This document shows positions 36,076 through 49,689 of a DNA stretch of 64,000 bases, one piece after another. The position numbers and the translations under genes are program-made. Each line of letters opens with the position of its first letter. Within the stretch, counting starts at the first letter, position 1. The notes below the pieces were generated by a model, which was given only the letters and a program-made list of their open reading frames with translations, was not told the origin of the DNA and did not search any database. This stretch comes from Vicugna vicugna. Taxonomy: Eukaryota. The stretch is from positions 4,574,276 to 4,638,275 of the forward strand of contig MU063101.1 of assembly GCA_013265495.1 (NCBI GenBank), in the 5' to 3' direction.

Positions 36076-36682
36076 ATCTTGACTCCTAGAGCCACCAATG
36101 CCAAAGATAAAAGGAAGAATTAAACTGTCTTTCCAGGCATTTCCAAATACAGGCACAGAAATCACTGCTCATGACGCCCACTTGAAATAAGTACCACTCC
36201 CACACATCACGAACAGAAGCAGAGGTGGGTGTGTGGTGAATTACTATGTTTAAAACTGTCCTTACATTCAAATATGATTGAAAGAGTTCAGCAGGAAAGA
36301 ACAGTTGCCCTCCTCATGATCTGAGGTTGCAGGGGGTGGGGAAAGAATCTTTCTGCTAGGCGACAGAGGTTATAAAATTCAGCATTTAGTTAAATAAACT
36401 CCTTCAATGTCCATTGCTGGCTTATCCTAAACAGTAAGTAAGAACTAAAAGACAGCAAACACTGCACGGTCTCTTGGGCCAAGATTGTTTCCTATTATAA
36501 AATGAGAAGCTTGCGATAGTCTGTCTCCCAAGTAAAACAGGTATCTGAGAAAAGACATTTCTAGAAGCCATTTATTGAGCAACAACAGAGCAGTACATCT
36601 TCCCCTAGAAAACTGGGATCCACTGTTCCTGAATAAATTCTATGGAATACAGGTCAATCAAGATAATATATGAAGATATATA

Positions 36683-36915
36683 CCGTTGACCACCGAACAA
36701 TGGGGGAGCCGGGGGTGCTGACCCTCCATGCATTTGAGAATACGCTTATAACGTATAGGTGATCTCTGTTATGCAGTTCTTCTGTATCCGTAGTTCTGGG
36801 TCTGCAGATTCAGCCAACCAGGATCATGTGGTGTGGTAGTACATGTTTTTTGGAAAAAACTCCATGTATAAGTGCACCCACACAGTTCACACCCATGTTG
36901 TTCAAGGATCAACTG
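36683..36915 (+). mobile_element. Tigger1-derived (Tc1/mariner) MITE with TIRs and TA TSD
   Basis: TA|ccgttgaccaccgaacaa ... ttgttcaaggatcaactg|TA; internal gtataagtgcacccacacagttcacacccatgttgttcaagg. Confidence 0.9.
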
Positions 36916-37949
36916 TACCATATCCTCCTTGTGAAGGGTAACAGAAGCACACTGAAGGCTCTGATAAGCCCTGCACTTTAGAGACCTATTGAATTCAGAG
37001 TATTTCATCTAATACATGAAATACCCAAACCTGCTTCATCAAAGATCCGTTTTCTCATCATACTCATTAGTATCCCATGAAGCTGTGATTCCTGGAGACA
37101 TTATTCATAAAGGGCAGGGGTCTATTGGTGGGACTCCCGGAGAGTCATACACGGAAACTACTCCGTAGCCAGAAGATCAGAAATGGGTATTAAAGCCCCT
37201 TGGCCCCGGGTGCTACATTCAGGTAGGCCTCTAGCCCCACGTTAAGCTGTAATTCAAGTTAATTGCAAAAAAAGAGGCAGTAAGTAGTGTCCAGGCCGAG
37301 TGGTAAGCGTAGGCTAGAAGAGGATGGGCTTGATTCTGCTGTAGTATTCAGAAACAAACATTTGAAGGAATAAAATTTGAAATGGGCATTAAAGGATGGG
37401 TAAATCTAGATGGCAGAGTAGACGAGGAGAGAGGACTCTTTTCCAGCAAGAATGATGTGCTCAGAATGCTTTGGGCTTTTAATATCACCTCACAAGCCAT
37501 GGATTCATTTTCATCAGCAGCTGTATTAAACTTAGTATTTGGGTTTTGTACATCGGCAGAGCTCAAGTAAAAACAATTCCTTTACTCATAAGCAATTAAA
37601 CAAAAATTTTCAGCCATTCTGAATAAACAAGAGCATCAAATGAACATGATTGATTTCCCCTAACATTTCTGAGCGTGCACTAATGGATTAAATTGAACAT
37701 CTTATTAAAGTAAAGGTAATATTTCTGTCACTTCTTCTATAACTTCATCCCAGAAGCCAGTTAAGTGAGTCTTATAAGCTACTATTTTCCCGACTCATTA
37801 TTGGCTGTGGATTTTACTCAGAAGGCCACGCTCTTCTGGGTACTGTTTCCAAATTAATTTTGGCCACTCTGTAGCAGTATTTTTTCCAAGTGAGGAGCCT
37901 GGGCCAATGACAGTGCCTACTTTATTACTTTGAATAGATACTTTCCTTA

Positions 37950-38085
37950 GAAATTTTCTCCCCAAGCCTTTGTTTATACTATCTGCCTGGAAAATCTAAC
38001 CCACCTCAGCCGCCACCCACACTTCACCTGACGAATTCCTATTCATTCTTTAAGACTCAGTTAAGGCACTATGCACTCCAGGAAA
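37950..38085 (+). mobile_element. L2 fragment
   Basis: gcctttgtttatactatctgcctggaaa...cctattcattctttaagactcagttaagg...ccaggaaacct. Confidence 0.75.
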
Positions 38086-38089
38086 CCTT

Positions 38090-38400
38090 TGTACTTGCAG
38101 ACCATAGAAATCTACCTTGAACTAACTTAGGGAAGAAAACGTAGGAGAAGCAACTCATTGGATCACATAACAAGAGGTATAGGACTAATGTCTAACTTCA
38201 GGCGTGGTTGGATCCAGAAGCTTGAATGCTATTACAGGGCTTTGTCTTTCTCTCCTTCTGTTAGGTCTGCTTTCCTCTGTTCTTTGATTTCATTCTTAGG
38301 CAGATGCCCCACAAGTTCAAGGCAGTGACATCACTGTAACAGGATATCAGCCGTCTACAATTTAAAGGTGTATTTTCTGATTTTCATACAAATCTTTGCA
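38090..38400 (-). mobile_element. Old MaLR LTR (MLT1J/K-like)
   Basis: taacttcaggcgtggttggatccagaagcttgaatgct...tctgctttcctctgt...ttcattcttaggcag. Confidence 0.75.
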
Positions 38401-39289
38401 GCCAAATTTCAATTACCTTAGACTGGTTAAGGCAGTGTCTCTGCAGCTGTTTTCATGTACGTTGCATTCACAGTCGGACTTTCTCCAGATGACTGGAAAG
38501 ACGACCAGTGGCCACCCCAAGTGTACACCCCTTTAGATTAACAACCCTAACGAAAGGAGTCTCTGCCAATGGCTGTGTGATAAAATTCACAGGGAGACAT
38601 TTATTTGTCTGGGTCATATGCCAGGTGTTGCTGAGTCAGTCCCATTCAGAACACACAGGATTATTCTTCACTAGAAAGAGGTCCACGGCCTGTAGTGAGG
38701 GAGAAGGGGTACTGGAGACACAAAAACAACAGCTGTCCCTGACTTCTGGCCTGAGCCTGGGCAGAGAGCCTCTTTGCCCCGCTCTTACAGAATCCTGGGC
38801 AAACCTCCATTGGTGCAGTTAGCACAAAACGTTGCAGCTGCCTACATACATCCAGCACAAAATGACTGCACAGCACACGCTCACAAAACAAACACGTGAA
38901 TAAATGAAAACACCAGCTCGTGCAGCTCCAAGCAGAGGTATCAATAACTTCAGTAAACCAGAGGTATGGCCCTGCTGTACAAGGCATGTGAATTTGAGAA
39001 AGAAATAGAGAACGGGTGCTGGGTGCTGAGTGTCTGAGTGTGAGAAGGAAGGAGCCTCTCGCAGGTGCAAATTTCCCTTCATGGCCCCCCACATGCAAAC
39101 TGGGGCAACTTTCTAAACCTGCTCAGCTTGCTTTGTCATTTATTATGGACTTCATAGCTTATTAACAAATATTCATTTTATTTATTGACAGAACTTGCAG
39201 CCTTGCTAAATTTTGAAAGGACTTAAAGAACTCATGCAAGACTACAGTCTAGGCTTCTTTATCCAGGGTGTAGAATTTGACTCAAAAGT

Positions 39290-39369
39290 AAAAAAAAAAA
39301 AAAAAAAAAAATTGTTTTGGTAGTCGCTTATAGAATTTTATTCAAAAAAAAAAAAAAAAAAAAAAAAAA
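39290..39369 (+). repeat. Two poly(A) tracts (A22 at 39290-39311, A26 at 39344-39369)
   Basis: Direct count; the tracts are separated by 32 nt. Confidence 0.95.
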
Positions 39370-40399
39370 GTTTTGTTTGGTATGCCCTGCTTTCATTAAT
39401 CTTTATTTTTTTTGTTATAAAAGTGGTATTATTTATTTATATTGTACATGTAAAATGTTTTAATTTAAATGTTTTTTCAAATCCAACTGTAATGTCCTCT
39501 ATCCTAGGTGTTGTGGGTCTTAGAATCACGGCAAGAATATTCATGCAGTTATGCACCTATAAACATGTAGCTCCCTGTTTCTTTTCTGTAGGCTGTTGGA
39601 ATAAAATAGTCATTTTATTACTTTTGTTTGTTTCTTTGTTTATTGGGGGGAGGTAATCAGGTTTACTTAGGTATTTTTTATTGGAGGCATTGGGGAGAAA
39701 AATACTCATTTTAGTTTTATGTGTTTCTAAAATAAACAATTCAAAATTCACAGTTCAAAAAACCTGGCAGCCACGTGCCTTACCTTTTGCAAATCATGTT
39801 TTAAATATGCTTTCTTATTGTCCCTGAAACTGCACTTAGACATATCAGAGCACATATATAAATTTGAAGTTTAGCTCTCTAAACCCCTCGCCTTTACCAA
39901 CAGAGAACGTGCACCTCATGCCCCATACACCCTTCTTGGTGACCTGTTGTCACTTCCTTTTATGACACACTGATTATCAGAGGTAGGTGAGAACTTAAAT
40001 CTCCTTCAGTATAACTGGTTCATTTTACAGATAATGAAACTGACTCAGAAAGTTCAAATTGGCCATAGTTACACAGTTTCTTTCCTTTCAAAGGCTGTTC
40101 TTGATTGTCTCCAGAAGTCACTGCGATCACTATAATAGTGGCTTAACCATCACCATAATCAAAGAGTATCCATATAAAACAGTGGAGCTGTGCAGAACAC
40201 ATTTAACTGATATATCCTGAGTCTGAGAAAAACCTTGATTCCATGAGTTCTGGGTTTTGTTCACTTGCTCATTTTAAATGTAAATGGCATAATAATATTC
40301 AACTAGAAGGTAGAAATCATAAAAAGGTAGGACTTTTTGCCTATTTTTTCACTAATATATCCCAGAGCCTAGAAGAGTACTTGACATATAGTACTGTTA

Positions 40400-40600
40400 A
40401 ATACTTACTGAGCACTGTTTTAAGTACCTTATGTGAATTAATGTATTTAGTCCCCACAACTACCTTATGAGACAAATTTCAGTATTCTAAGTTTATAGAT
40501 GAAAAAACTGAGGCAGAGACAATTAAAATAATTTGCCTGCAATCACATGGCTACTAAGTCTTGGCGGCAGGGTTCAAACCCAAACAGGCTGGTTCCAGAA
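40400..40600 (-). mobile_element. MIR SINE (preceded by an L2 3' end at about 40340-40400)
   Basis: gtttatagatgaaaaaactgaggcagagacaattaaaataatttgcctgcaatcacatggc...gggttcaaaccc. Confidence 0.85.
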
Positions 40601-40644
40601 CTTAAACTCAAAACTAGATATGAACCATAGGTGATAGATATAGT

Positions 40645-41134
40645 TGACAGTTATCAACTGCTATGTAACAAAGCAACCCAAGGTTGATGGCTTGAAGAGC
40701 CATTTTACTGGCTCACAGTTTTGTTGGCCAGGAATTCAGAAAAAGCTCAGCCAGGTAGCTTGTTTCTGATCTATCTGGATTAGAGGTGTGGCAATTTGGG
40801 GCAGAGACAGGGAAAATCCACACCCAAGTTGGCTTTCTTCTTCCCCATGTGTGGTGCCTTAGCAGGAGTGACTAGAAAGCTGAGCACAGATGGGGCCCAC
40901 TCTCTCCACAGGGTTTGCCTCTCCACATGAAGGTTAAGGATTCCAGAACGAGTATTTTAAGAGACATGAAATGGAAACTGCCTTCGCCTGGGCCTGGAAA
41001 CCAGCACAGTGTCCCTTTCACCATACTCTTTCAGTCTATCAGTCTAAGCAGCCACAGGGCCCATTCTCTCAAGGGAATCCCACTTCTGACTGAGAAGTTT
41101 GTTGAAGAATCTGTGGCCATTTTTAATCCACCAA
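40645..41134 (-). mobile_element. MaLR solo LTR (MLT1F/G/H-like)
   Basis: cagttatcaactgctatgtaacaaagcaaccc...ggccaggaattcagaaaaagctcagcc...ccagcacagtgtccctttcaccatactc...ggccatttttaatccacca. Confidence 0.85.
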
Positions 41135-43599
41135 AATGGAAGTCCAGCCTAGTTGGGAGAGTGTGTGCCCACCCACTACATACAATTTTATTGATGCCTC
41201 ATAGTTCACAGCGCTAGGAGAATGCTCTTCAACAATGAAGCCCTGATGTCACCCACATGTCAGAAGACTGTTTTGTTGTTGTGACAAGAATTCATCATTA
41301 CAGAACCTGAAGAAGCATTTCCTAATCTTAACACAAATCTTTGCAACCAAACTTTAATTACTTTGATGGTGGGGGCGGGGGGCTCTTTAGTCATTTTAAT
41401 ACACATTTTATGTTTCCAGATGCTCTGTCCTAGTTTTAGTAGGAAATGTTTCTCATTATCATAAAATTTACATGCTCATACATTTCACTGAAAGACTTAT
41501 TCTTTCTAGGTGATAATAAACAATTCAGTAATTTGGAGGGAAAATGTCACAAATATAATTATGAAAAGATACCACAGAAATCTCCAGGAGAAGAGAGGCA
41601 GAGCAGTTAAGTAGAAAGAATAGAATTCAGTTCTACTCCTAATTCACCCCACATCTTGAGAAGTTTGCACAACCCCTGGGAACCTAAGTTCAACTGTAAA
41701 ATAAAAGACTTTCGTGGACAGAGTCCTCAACTGTGGCTCAAAACTCCTTACCTCTCTTCAAGCCCTAATTCTACCAATAACTGGTTCTGTAAACAAGATA
41801 AAAAGTATTTCATCTCTTTGGATTTGATGATAATGGCAATGACTGAGAGCTCACCAAACAGTCTGTGTGGCACCATATTTCCCAAGCTCTCCTGCAATTA
41901 GGACAGGGTCATGTGATTAGTTCTGATCAGCAGGATGTGAGGAGAAGCAACAGTATCACCTTTAAGCCAAGGCAGATGAGAACCCAGCCCTACCTAAATT
42001 CAAAGACCCAAGTTTTAATTTTTTCCCAATATGGTTCCCTTCATTTTTTATCTATACAATTAGGACTTTGTTTCAACTGATCTCTAAGGCCTTATCAAGG
42101 TCTAAAACATTTTGTTGACGATTATAGCTCTTGTGAACAAAATCTGGAATTCTGAAACTGGTGTTCAATGCTCCAGAGAGTTTACATTGACAATAGGAAA
42201 ACAAGTAATTGAATTTATATTGATTGAAAAGAAATCACACCTAATTTTCTCCTCTTGCATCCATGTTCATTGAATTTGGGATTTTTCTTTGCTGCTTTTT
42301 GATTGTTTGATTGATTGCCATTAAGTAGTCTCAGGTTCTACAGATTCCAAATCAATGAATTTAGGTTGAAGGAATCAGATGCAAATGACCCAGATTTGTT
42401 TCATCTTTGATCGAAGTTCACTGCTCTTCACAGTCACAATTCCTACAGATTTACACTTAAACTTCATCTGAATAATGTGGGAGTGCCCCAAGTCTTGGTG
42501 CCTACTAAAATACCCAGGTTTGTTTACTAGTATTTGTTTGTTAACAGCCAACTTGTTCAGATTTTAGACTGCTCAGTAAGCATATGGGTCACCCTCTTGA
42601 AAAAGTCTGAGTTTTTCCCACTCTGTCTTAAAAGGAGAGAACTCCACTGAGGTTTGGAACTCCTAAGCATCAGGACATAAATAAGGAGAGGAAGGAAGAA
42701 AGTGAGATTTATTAAACTTCTACACATGGAGGATTCAGAATATCCTAAAGGCAAGTGTTTACTTGCAATAAAAATAACCATAGGAAAAAAAAACCCACAG
42801 CAATGACAACAAAAAGAGGTCTTCCTCTAAAAAAAATGGAATGAACAGAGAAAAGTAGGGCAGCTGGGATGTTGACAGCACTCCACGTTGGCATGAGGAG
42901 TTCCAAAGCCCCATGTCCACACGCTTGCCTATTGTACCAAAGGAGGGACCTGCCAGTCAACCAGCACCCCCGACACCCAGAGCCCCTCCCACTCAGCCTT
43001 CCTGGGGCCTCGTTCTCATGTATGACTACACGAGAACCACCAGACCTGCTCTCTCCAGAAAAAGATCAAGGTAAACAATGAGCGATGTGATAACAGAAAA
43101 AACAGAGATGGTACCTCAAAAACGAAACATTATCTTCAGAAAACTTGGGAAAGTATTCACATCCATTAAACAAGAATAGGATGGTACATAAAAGGCATAA
43201 ACGAAGAACAGAGGAAACCCCTCAGAACACAGAACAAAGTACCAAGTCGGGAAAGTCAAACAGAGATGCACCCGCTCACATCTATGCTTGTAAAGAAAGA
43301 GGCAAGTATCTAAAAGGAACGTAACAGGCAGTGAGTTGTCTGCCCCTGGGGAGGGGGACTGAATGGACTAAGGGTAATTCATTTTTGTGTTACACGTTTC
43401 TGAATTACCTTAGAAGCATTAATTACTCTTTTAATTAAAAATAATTATCCTTGCTTTAATCTCACTCTTATCCAACAATTTTTAAGAGACTACTGCCACA
43501 CAGAATATATAAAATGGTGACCTTCTGAGAAGATACTGCTACTTCTGTTGATCAGCTGTCTTTCTGAGGATTTCATTAGACTGAATTAATGCTTTTGAG

Positions 43600-43722
43600 C
43601 AGACTTTCTCAAAATGAGGTTTTTCCCATGCATTTACTAAACCAGAATTTCTACAGACGAGGCCCTGGAGAATGCATTAGAACAGGCCTCGCAGGTGATT
43701 CTGCACACACCAAAGCCATGGA
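43600..43722. mobile_element. MER5A-type hAT MITE
   Basis: tactaaaccagaatttctacagacgaggccctggagaatgcattagaacaggcctcgcaggtgattctgcacacacc. Confidence 0.75.
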
Positions 43723-44198
43723 GTTCAGTTTTGTCTGGGACATCGATGAAACTGTACCACCAGGGCACTGCCCTCCTCAGGAAGCCTGCAGCCTGCCTCA
43801 ATAACATTTTCTGGAGCTGCCACACTGCTCTTGTGATTTCCAGGTCAAAGGAATGGTGGCTTCATGCTGTCTCCAAATGTAGGTTGGTGGACCTTGAATT
43901 CTAGAAAACCGAGGGGATATAGGGATGCTCAAACATGCACTTAATTTGGATTTTCCAGATAAAGAATACAGCAAAAACCTCATTACAGTGCTCTGGGACA
44001 GTTCCGGCTCGAGGTAGCCCCAAGGCTGAGCTTGTGGTTGGATGGGTGGCTAAGCCCCAAACCCCGCTTTCCAAGATCAGCATCATCACCTGACGTCCTC
44101 ACAAAAACAAAACAGGCTCCCAAAGCCAACCCAGCTCAGAATCCATGCTCTTTGGATGCTGAGCTTTTGTTTACTCCTGAGTAAATTCAATAAAGTGC

Positions 44199-44330
44199 NN
44201 NNNNNNNNNNNNNNNNNNNNNNNNNNNNNNNNNNNNNNNNNNNNNNNNNNNNNNNNNNNNNNNNNNNNNNNNNNNNNNNNNNNNNNNNNNNNNNNNNNNN
44301 NNNNNNNNNNNNNNNNNNNNNNNNNNNNNN
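44199..44330. other. N run, 132 nt
   Basis: Direct count. Confidence 0.99.
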
Positions 44331-46022
44331 AATTTAGTTTGCTTTTACAATAAAAGCTACACTAACCCATTAACTGCATTCCGAATCTCCCATTACGCAG
44401 AGCAACCAGCAGCTTGTGGGCCTCCACAGCGGTGAATGGTGCGGTGCATTCATTTACCTTGTTATCCAAGAAGGTTTCAGTTGCTCTAGAGCCAATAAAC
44501 GAGCAGTTTTTGTCTTTGAAAATGAGGCTCTTGGACTTGTTCAGGTAATTCGCTGTGTAGTCAGAATAGGCTTTTGTCCAGCTTCATGTGCTTTTGAAAA
44601 TCCGCCCCCTGGGAGCCTTTGTCAGTCGTGGTCTCCGTTCCTCGGCTGAACTCATAGTTGCCAAGGAGGAGTCTTTGGAAACTGAATGGAAGAACACTGG
44701 GAGTCTGGGCACAACCTAACCCTCGTCCTGCCTCTATGGAGCTGAGTGGCCTTGGATCATCCCTGCCTCTTTTCAAAGCCTCAGTTTCCTGTTGCACAGC
44801 CCTGAGGAGGTTGGAACAGATCAGTGCTTCCAAACATTCCACCTTCATGATCTTAGTCATATCTAGGTAGTACCTGGCAGCAGCTACAATTCCTATATCC
44901 CGAGTACAATGGGTTTCTAAGGAACCATCTGCCTCAGCCTCATCCTAGACAGCAACATTTAGGAACTCGTGTTGTTTAATGTACCAGGTATACATATTTT
45001 TTCGAATAGGATTCAAGTAAATATATACCAACTAAAATTATCTTAAATGTTTAGCTGACATCACCATGCATAGCCACCCTGGCTTATGCGTCCCATTCAA
45101 AGAATATCAGCCTCCCTGACCTCGGAGAGCCCTTTCTGCAAGTCTATGGGAAAGAATTTTGTCACTTGACTCAGGTGAGCAAATGCACACCCACGAAAAG
45201 AAAACTGGCTGCAGGGCTTGTTGGCTTCAGAGCAGAGAGCTAGTGTCTGTTGAGAGATGAGCACTGATCAGAAAGGAAATTCGGAGGATGATCTATTTTA
45301 TTTTGGAAGGAGAGAAAGGCATCCAGGAGTTTAGCAAATTCACGACAAACTGTCCAATCCAGCCAAGTGTTGAGGAGAGAGAGATAAATCTGGTAGGAAG
45401 GAATAAGTATGGCCAGAAGAGAAAACACACAGACCTGTGAAAGGGTGTCCAGTCTTCAGCCACACACGAGAGAGGTGCCTAGAACACCAAAGGAACCTGA
45501 CCACAGCTGTATGGGCCTGAATGGAGACTTCACTATCAACATTCCACTCCGGTCATCCTGGCTCCAGGAGGCCTCTTCTGGTGAAGTAAAATTATGAGAA
45601 AACTATATGCAAATGAGGTGAGGAATCACTGGAGAAGAACATGTGCATCTAGCTGGGTCCACCTCGGGGGGGCAGTGGGGAAGGAGTTAGGAGGGGATTA
45701 TGCTGCCGTGGATGAGGTCACTAAGGGAAGAATTTGAGATTTATACAAAAAAGTTGACTTAAGACTAAGTTTTTAGGGAATTTCAGAGAGAGAGGCCTGA
45801 GCATCTCCTGGGAACATTGACTGAGTCAGTGTGTGATGATCAGGAAACTAGGGACCCAGTCCGAGCCACCTGCAGAGCTGCTTGGGCAGGAAGGGAAAGG
45901 CTCACGGCCATGGTGGCCCGTGTGAGTTGGCACAGAGCAGAGCAGCTGGCTGCTGAGACGCTCTTCCCGTTTTAGCAACACTGAGGAGGTGACAGAGCCA
46001 GGGCAGAGCATCAGCAGTAACC

Positions 46023-46473
46023 TGTGTAACATGAGAGACTGGATAGACAAACGGCCGGTGGCCAGACCACATATGACAAGAGAACTCTGACCCACAACCC
46101 CTGCCGCAGGCGGCCTGGGAAGCCAAACCACACACTCAGAGCAGTCAATCCACAACAGACAGAACTTGGTCAATAACACCAGCGTCTCTCATTTTCACCT
46201 TCTTTTCCAACTCGGGACCGACTAGAGAAAGCCAAATGTGCTTCCAAACCAACTGCTTCTAGCTGGCCCGCCTCCAGGTTCCCCAGGACAATAGCCTCCA
46301 ACAGGAACACACCTGAAGCCTTCCCTTTTCTCACTGTAAACCCTTCCCTCTCTGCTGCCTCCCTCTGAGTCTCTGCCAAACACCAGTGATGGTGGCTGAT
46401 TCTCCTGCCATAACAAGCTCTCAGGAAAAGGCTCCTATTTGTTCTCCTTGGGGTAGTCATTGTTTATTTCCAC
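46023..46473 (+). mobile_element. ERV solo LTR (MER77/MER21-group-like)
   Basis: gaactctgacccacaacccctg...ggaagccaaaccaca...gagaaagccaaatgtgc...gagtctctgccaaacaccagtgatggtggctgattctcc...gtttatttccac. Confidence 0.8.
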
Positions 46474-46934
46474 TCCCATCTGAAATTGCCTTAAATTCTG
46501 ACTGGGGCACGCACCCACCACACAGTCTGCTGGCTTAACTAGGAGATAGACTACGTGCCTCTGAGCTGTGCCCAGAGACATGGAATTCTCTCTTTTGCTC
46601 ACGGCATATAACACAACACACACACCTGTGCCCGTGCACACACTCCTGGAACTGGCTTGAATCACGTACATATACAACTGAATTATTTACATCCTCATTT
46701 CGAGTGTGCAAAAGGCTTCCACCAAAGTCCACTCTAATGTGTGTTAAGCCTGTATGGGGCAATTGCTTCAACCTATATGACACCCAAGGCAGAAAGCAAG
46801 TGGAGCCAGGCCCTTATCAAAAGATTTAATGGGGACACTGCTGCTGTTGTCTGCTGCTAGCCAGAAACTGAATGACTGTGCTTATGTTCATCCCAATAAA
46901 TAAACCATTTTCTGGTAAGTTTGAAGCTAAAGCC

Positions 46935-47095
46935 AAGGGTCAGCAAACTGTAACTGGGGACTTGGCCCACTGCCTGTTTTGTAAATAAAGTTTTATTGAC
47001 ACACAGCCACATCCATTCATTTCCTTATTATCTGTGCCTACTTTTACCCTACGATGGCAGAGTTGAGTAGCTGTGACAAAGATGGTATGGCCTAC
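46935..47095. mobile_element. MER58B-type hAT MITE
   Basis: gggtcagcaaact...cactgcctgttttgtaaataaagttttattgacacacagccac...gagttgagtagctgtgaca. Confidence 0.88.
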
Positions 47096-47229
47096 ACCCA
47101 GATCTATCCTTTTCTACCCTGTTCTGTGCCTGGGCACCCCAGACTCCCTTACCTGTTAGCAACCAGTTCGGTTTGACAAATGGCAAGTACCTACACGGAA
47201 TCAGAGAATTAGAGGAGAGAGAGGCTGGA

Positions 47230-47574
47230 GCCTCTTGCACACTTCACCACATCGATGATGGTGTCTGTCTTTCTGTGATCCCAGCTCCTTGCAGACAGTG
47301 CCTCCTCCACACTGCAAGTTCTCACTGGGTTCCCCGAATTCTATGTACTCCCTAGAGGAGGACACAGCTTCTTATTACTGCTAGTCTCTGGGGACCTCAT
47401 TCACCATCCCTTGTCCATTTTTATAACCCTGACCATATTTCAGTCCTCTTGTCTCTTCATTTGACTCATCTGAGAGCAACACTACTCATATCTTGGTCAA
47501 TAAAGTCCCTCCATTTGAACCATTTGAGACTCCATTCAAACCATCTGTTTCTTGCTGGGACCTTCACAAATACA
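47230..47574 (+). mobile_element. ERVL LTR (LTR33-like) 3' part
   Basis: Ends caataaagtccctcc...ccatctgtttcttgctgggaccttcacaaataca, resembling the LTR33 terminus. Confidence 0.6.
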
Positions 47575-47699
47575 ACCCTTGTCTGTCTTTCAATAACTCG
47601 TTTAGTTCACCAACTGATCTAATTCTAACCCACCCACTCAGGACATAAGGTCGAAACACGTTCACCCAACACATGCGGGAACACACAGCATTATGTCAG

Positions 47700-47990
47700 A
47701 GGACAGGCATTTCGAAGCTGACATTTACATTCATAAAAATGTCTTTTAATCAGCCTTGCCCAGTCCCATTCTGACAGCGTACTTTAAGGATAAGAAGCTC
47801 TTTCCATGAGCAATCAGAGTTTAAGGCCGTCCATCCATATGAGCAGATGAACATCATTATAAGCCCGCTCTCGAGATTGCAATGTTCCCAAACATTATTG
47901 CTACGCAGTCAACAGTCATAATGAGTCAGGAACTCACTGCTCACCAATAAGCAGGACTGGCCTTTTTTGTTCTCTTCTGAGTCAATCTCT
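47700..47990. promoter_or_regulatory. Candidate enhancer-like unique segment (HOX13/CDX, MEIS, two AP-1 motifs)
   Basis: TCATAAAA 47731-47738, TGACA sites, TGAGTCA 47922-47928 and 47978-47984. Confidence 0.3.
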
Positions 47991-48529
47991 TTATTGTTTC
48001 TCTCCTTTGGTAGAGATTGTTTTAATGTCCTATTTACGAGCAAATTCTCTCAGCTCATCTTCAAAATTCTGAAATTCCACTTGGGTTCCCACTGGGCTGT
48101 GTTTGTTTATAAGGTCACAAAAGGTTTCTTTAAGCTAAATCATGCTGGATAACATTTCTGTGCCTGAAGTTTTCTGTAAGTAATATCTGTAGCAAGACAG
48201 AGTGGGTTTTAAATCATTTGTAAGAGATTGAACTCCTTGTCCAGGCCGACCCTAAGGACATCTTTTGCCTTTTTTTGTTGTCTAATTTTTTTTTAATATT
48301 GAATGACATAATGGATGTGAAAGTTCTTTGTGAACCATAAAGACCTTTCTAACATAGGGGATTATGATGATGATCTCAGAGTTTGGGAACATCCTGTCTC
48401 CTCGGGTTTATTTTATTCCTCATTTTTCAGGGGTCATCAGATTCTAAAGAAGACAAGAACGTTTTTCCAAGATCTCCGTTTACATTTGGGGTAGAATAAA
48501 ACCTAATTAATAATATGGTTGTTCATTCA

Positions 48530-49050
48530 TTTATTTACAAAATACTTATCAGATACCTTCTTTGTGTCAGGAATAAGGCTGGGGCGCCCAGTTCGTGTAA
48601 ATAACACAATTCCTGTCCCTTAGCAGTTTAACATTTATTTGGTTCTCACTCTGTGCCTGGCACCGTGCTAAGTACTTCTCACACGTTATCTCAATGAGTC
48701 TTTACAACTATACTAAGTTAATTACATTCTCCACATTTTAGAGGTAAGATGTAATAACAAAAGCAGTGGTGTCAATAATGAACATTTACCGAGTGCTTAC
48801 TATGTGTCAGGTAGTGATCTAAATGCTTTACAAGCATCTCAATTTACCCTTAAAATATCCCTACGAGCATTATATTATCCCTATTTCTCAACTAACAACT
48901 AACATATATTGACCACTTAACATTGGTAATATGACCCTAAGCACTTTGTATGCATTATCTCATTTAATTCTTTCAAGAACATCATGATGGAGACTCCATG
49001 ATTTTCCAAATGCTTAAGGAACATGCCCGGGTTCATATGGCTGGATTGGC
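48530..49050 (-). mobile_element. Cluster of short L2 and MIR fragments
   Basis: Repeated aacatttattt/aacatttaccgagtgcttactatgtgtcaggtagtg and ctaagcactttgtatgcattatctcatttaattc motifs. Confidence 0.7.
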
Positions 49051-49571
49051 AGAATTGACTTTATAAAGCTCTTTACAAAGCCTGTGATCTCAACTATGAC
49101 ACTAAACTACCTCCTGAGAAAATGTTGTATTCCCAGAATAATTGACTCTCAAAAGAAAAACAACAAAAGAGATGTCAAAGTGCACATCACAGCCAACACT
49201 GAAGAAGGATGGTTGAGAAATAAATCTGAAAGCATATACGTTCTTTACTCACATTACAGTCTTTTTTGGTTATTTGGTGTCTTCCACCTTTCAAACTTTC
49301 AAATATAGACTGCAATTTATCTTAACTTACCACAGGATTTGCACTGTTAGTAAACATGGTCTCTAACAGATCACTAGAGGAAGAGACAGGACTTAAAACC
49401 TTGAATTGCCCCTAACTCACTGCTAGTACTAATGTTCTCTAAATAAATCTTTATTTTGTAATATTTCAAATTCACTTAAAATTTCTTCCTGAGTATTCCA
49501 AGAGAGGGGTGCAAGAAATATGGAATTTTTGTCTGATATCCTGAAAACTACTCAAAACACACATGTGTGCA

Positions 49572-49591
49572 AACACATACACACGCACACA

Positions 49592-49623
<32 letters not shown>
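49572..49623. repeat. (CA)n microsatellite with CG interruptions
   Basis: acacatacacacgcacacacgcgcacacacacacacacacacacacaca. Confidence 0.95.
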
Positions 49624-49626
<3 letters not shown>

Positions 49627-49689
49627 CTTTCTTTGTAACATCTAGCAAAATCCCTTGCATTAGACAAGAACTCATTCTATATGGCTGTA

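Noticed and set aside
44362-44583. 73-codon open minus-strand frame (SWTKAYSDYTANYLNK...) with an AAG|gtaaat donor
   Set aside because: There is no usable acceptor after the upstream TGA and no recognised homology.
44601-44616. CTCF-like CGCCCCCTGGGA
   Set aside because: It has two mismatches in the CCA part of the core and is much weaker than the 21322 site.
25112-45614. Four octamer ATGCAAAT sites (25112, 25491, 42379, 45607)
   Set aside because: The number is near chance expectation for an 8-mer on two strands of 64 kb, and they are not clustered.
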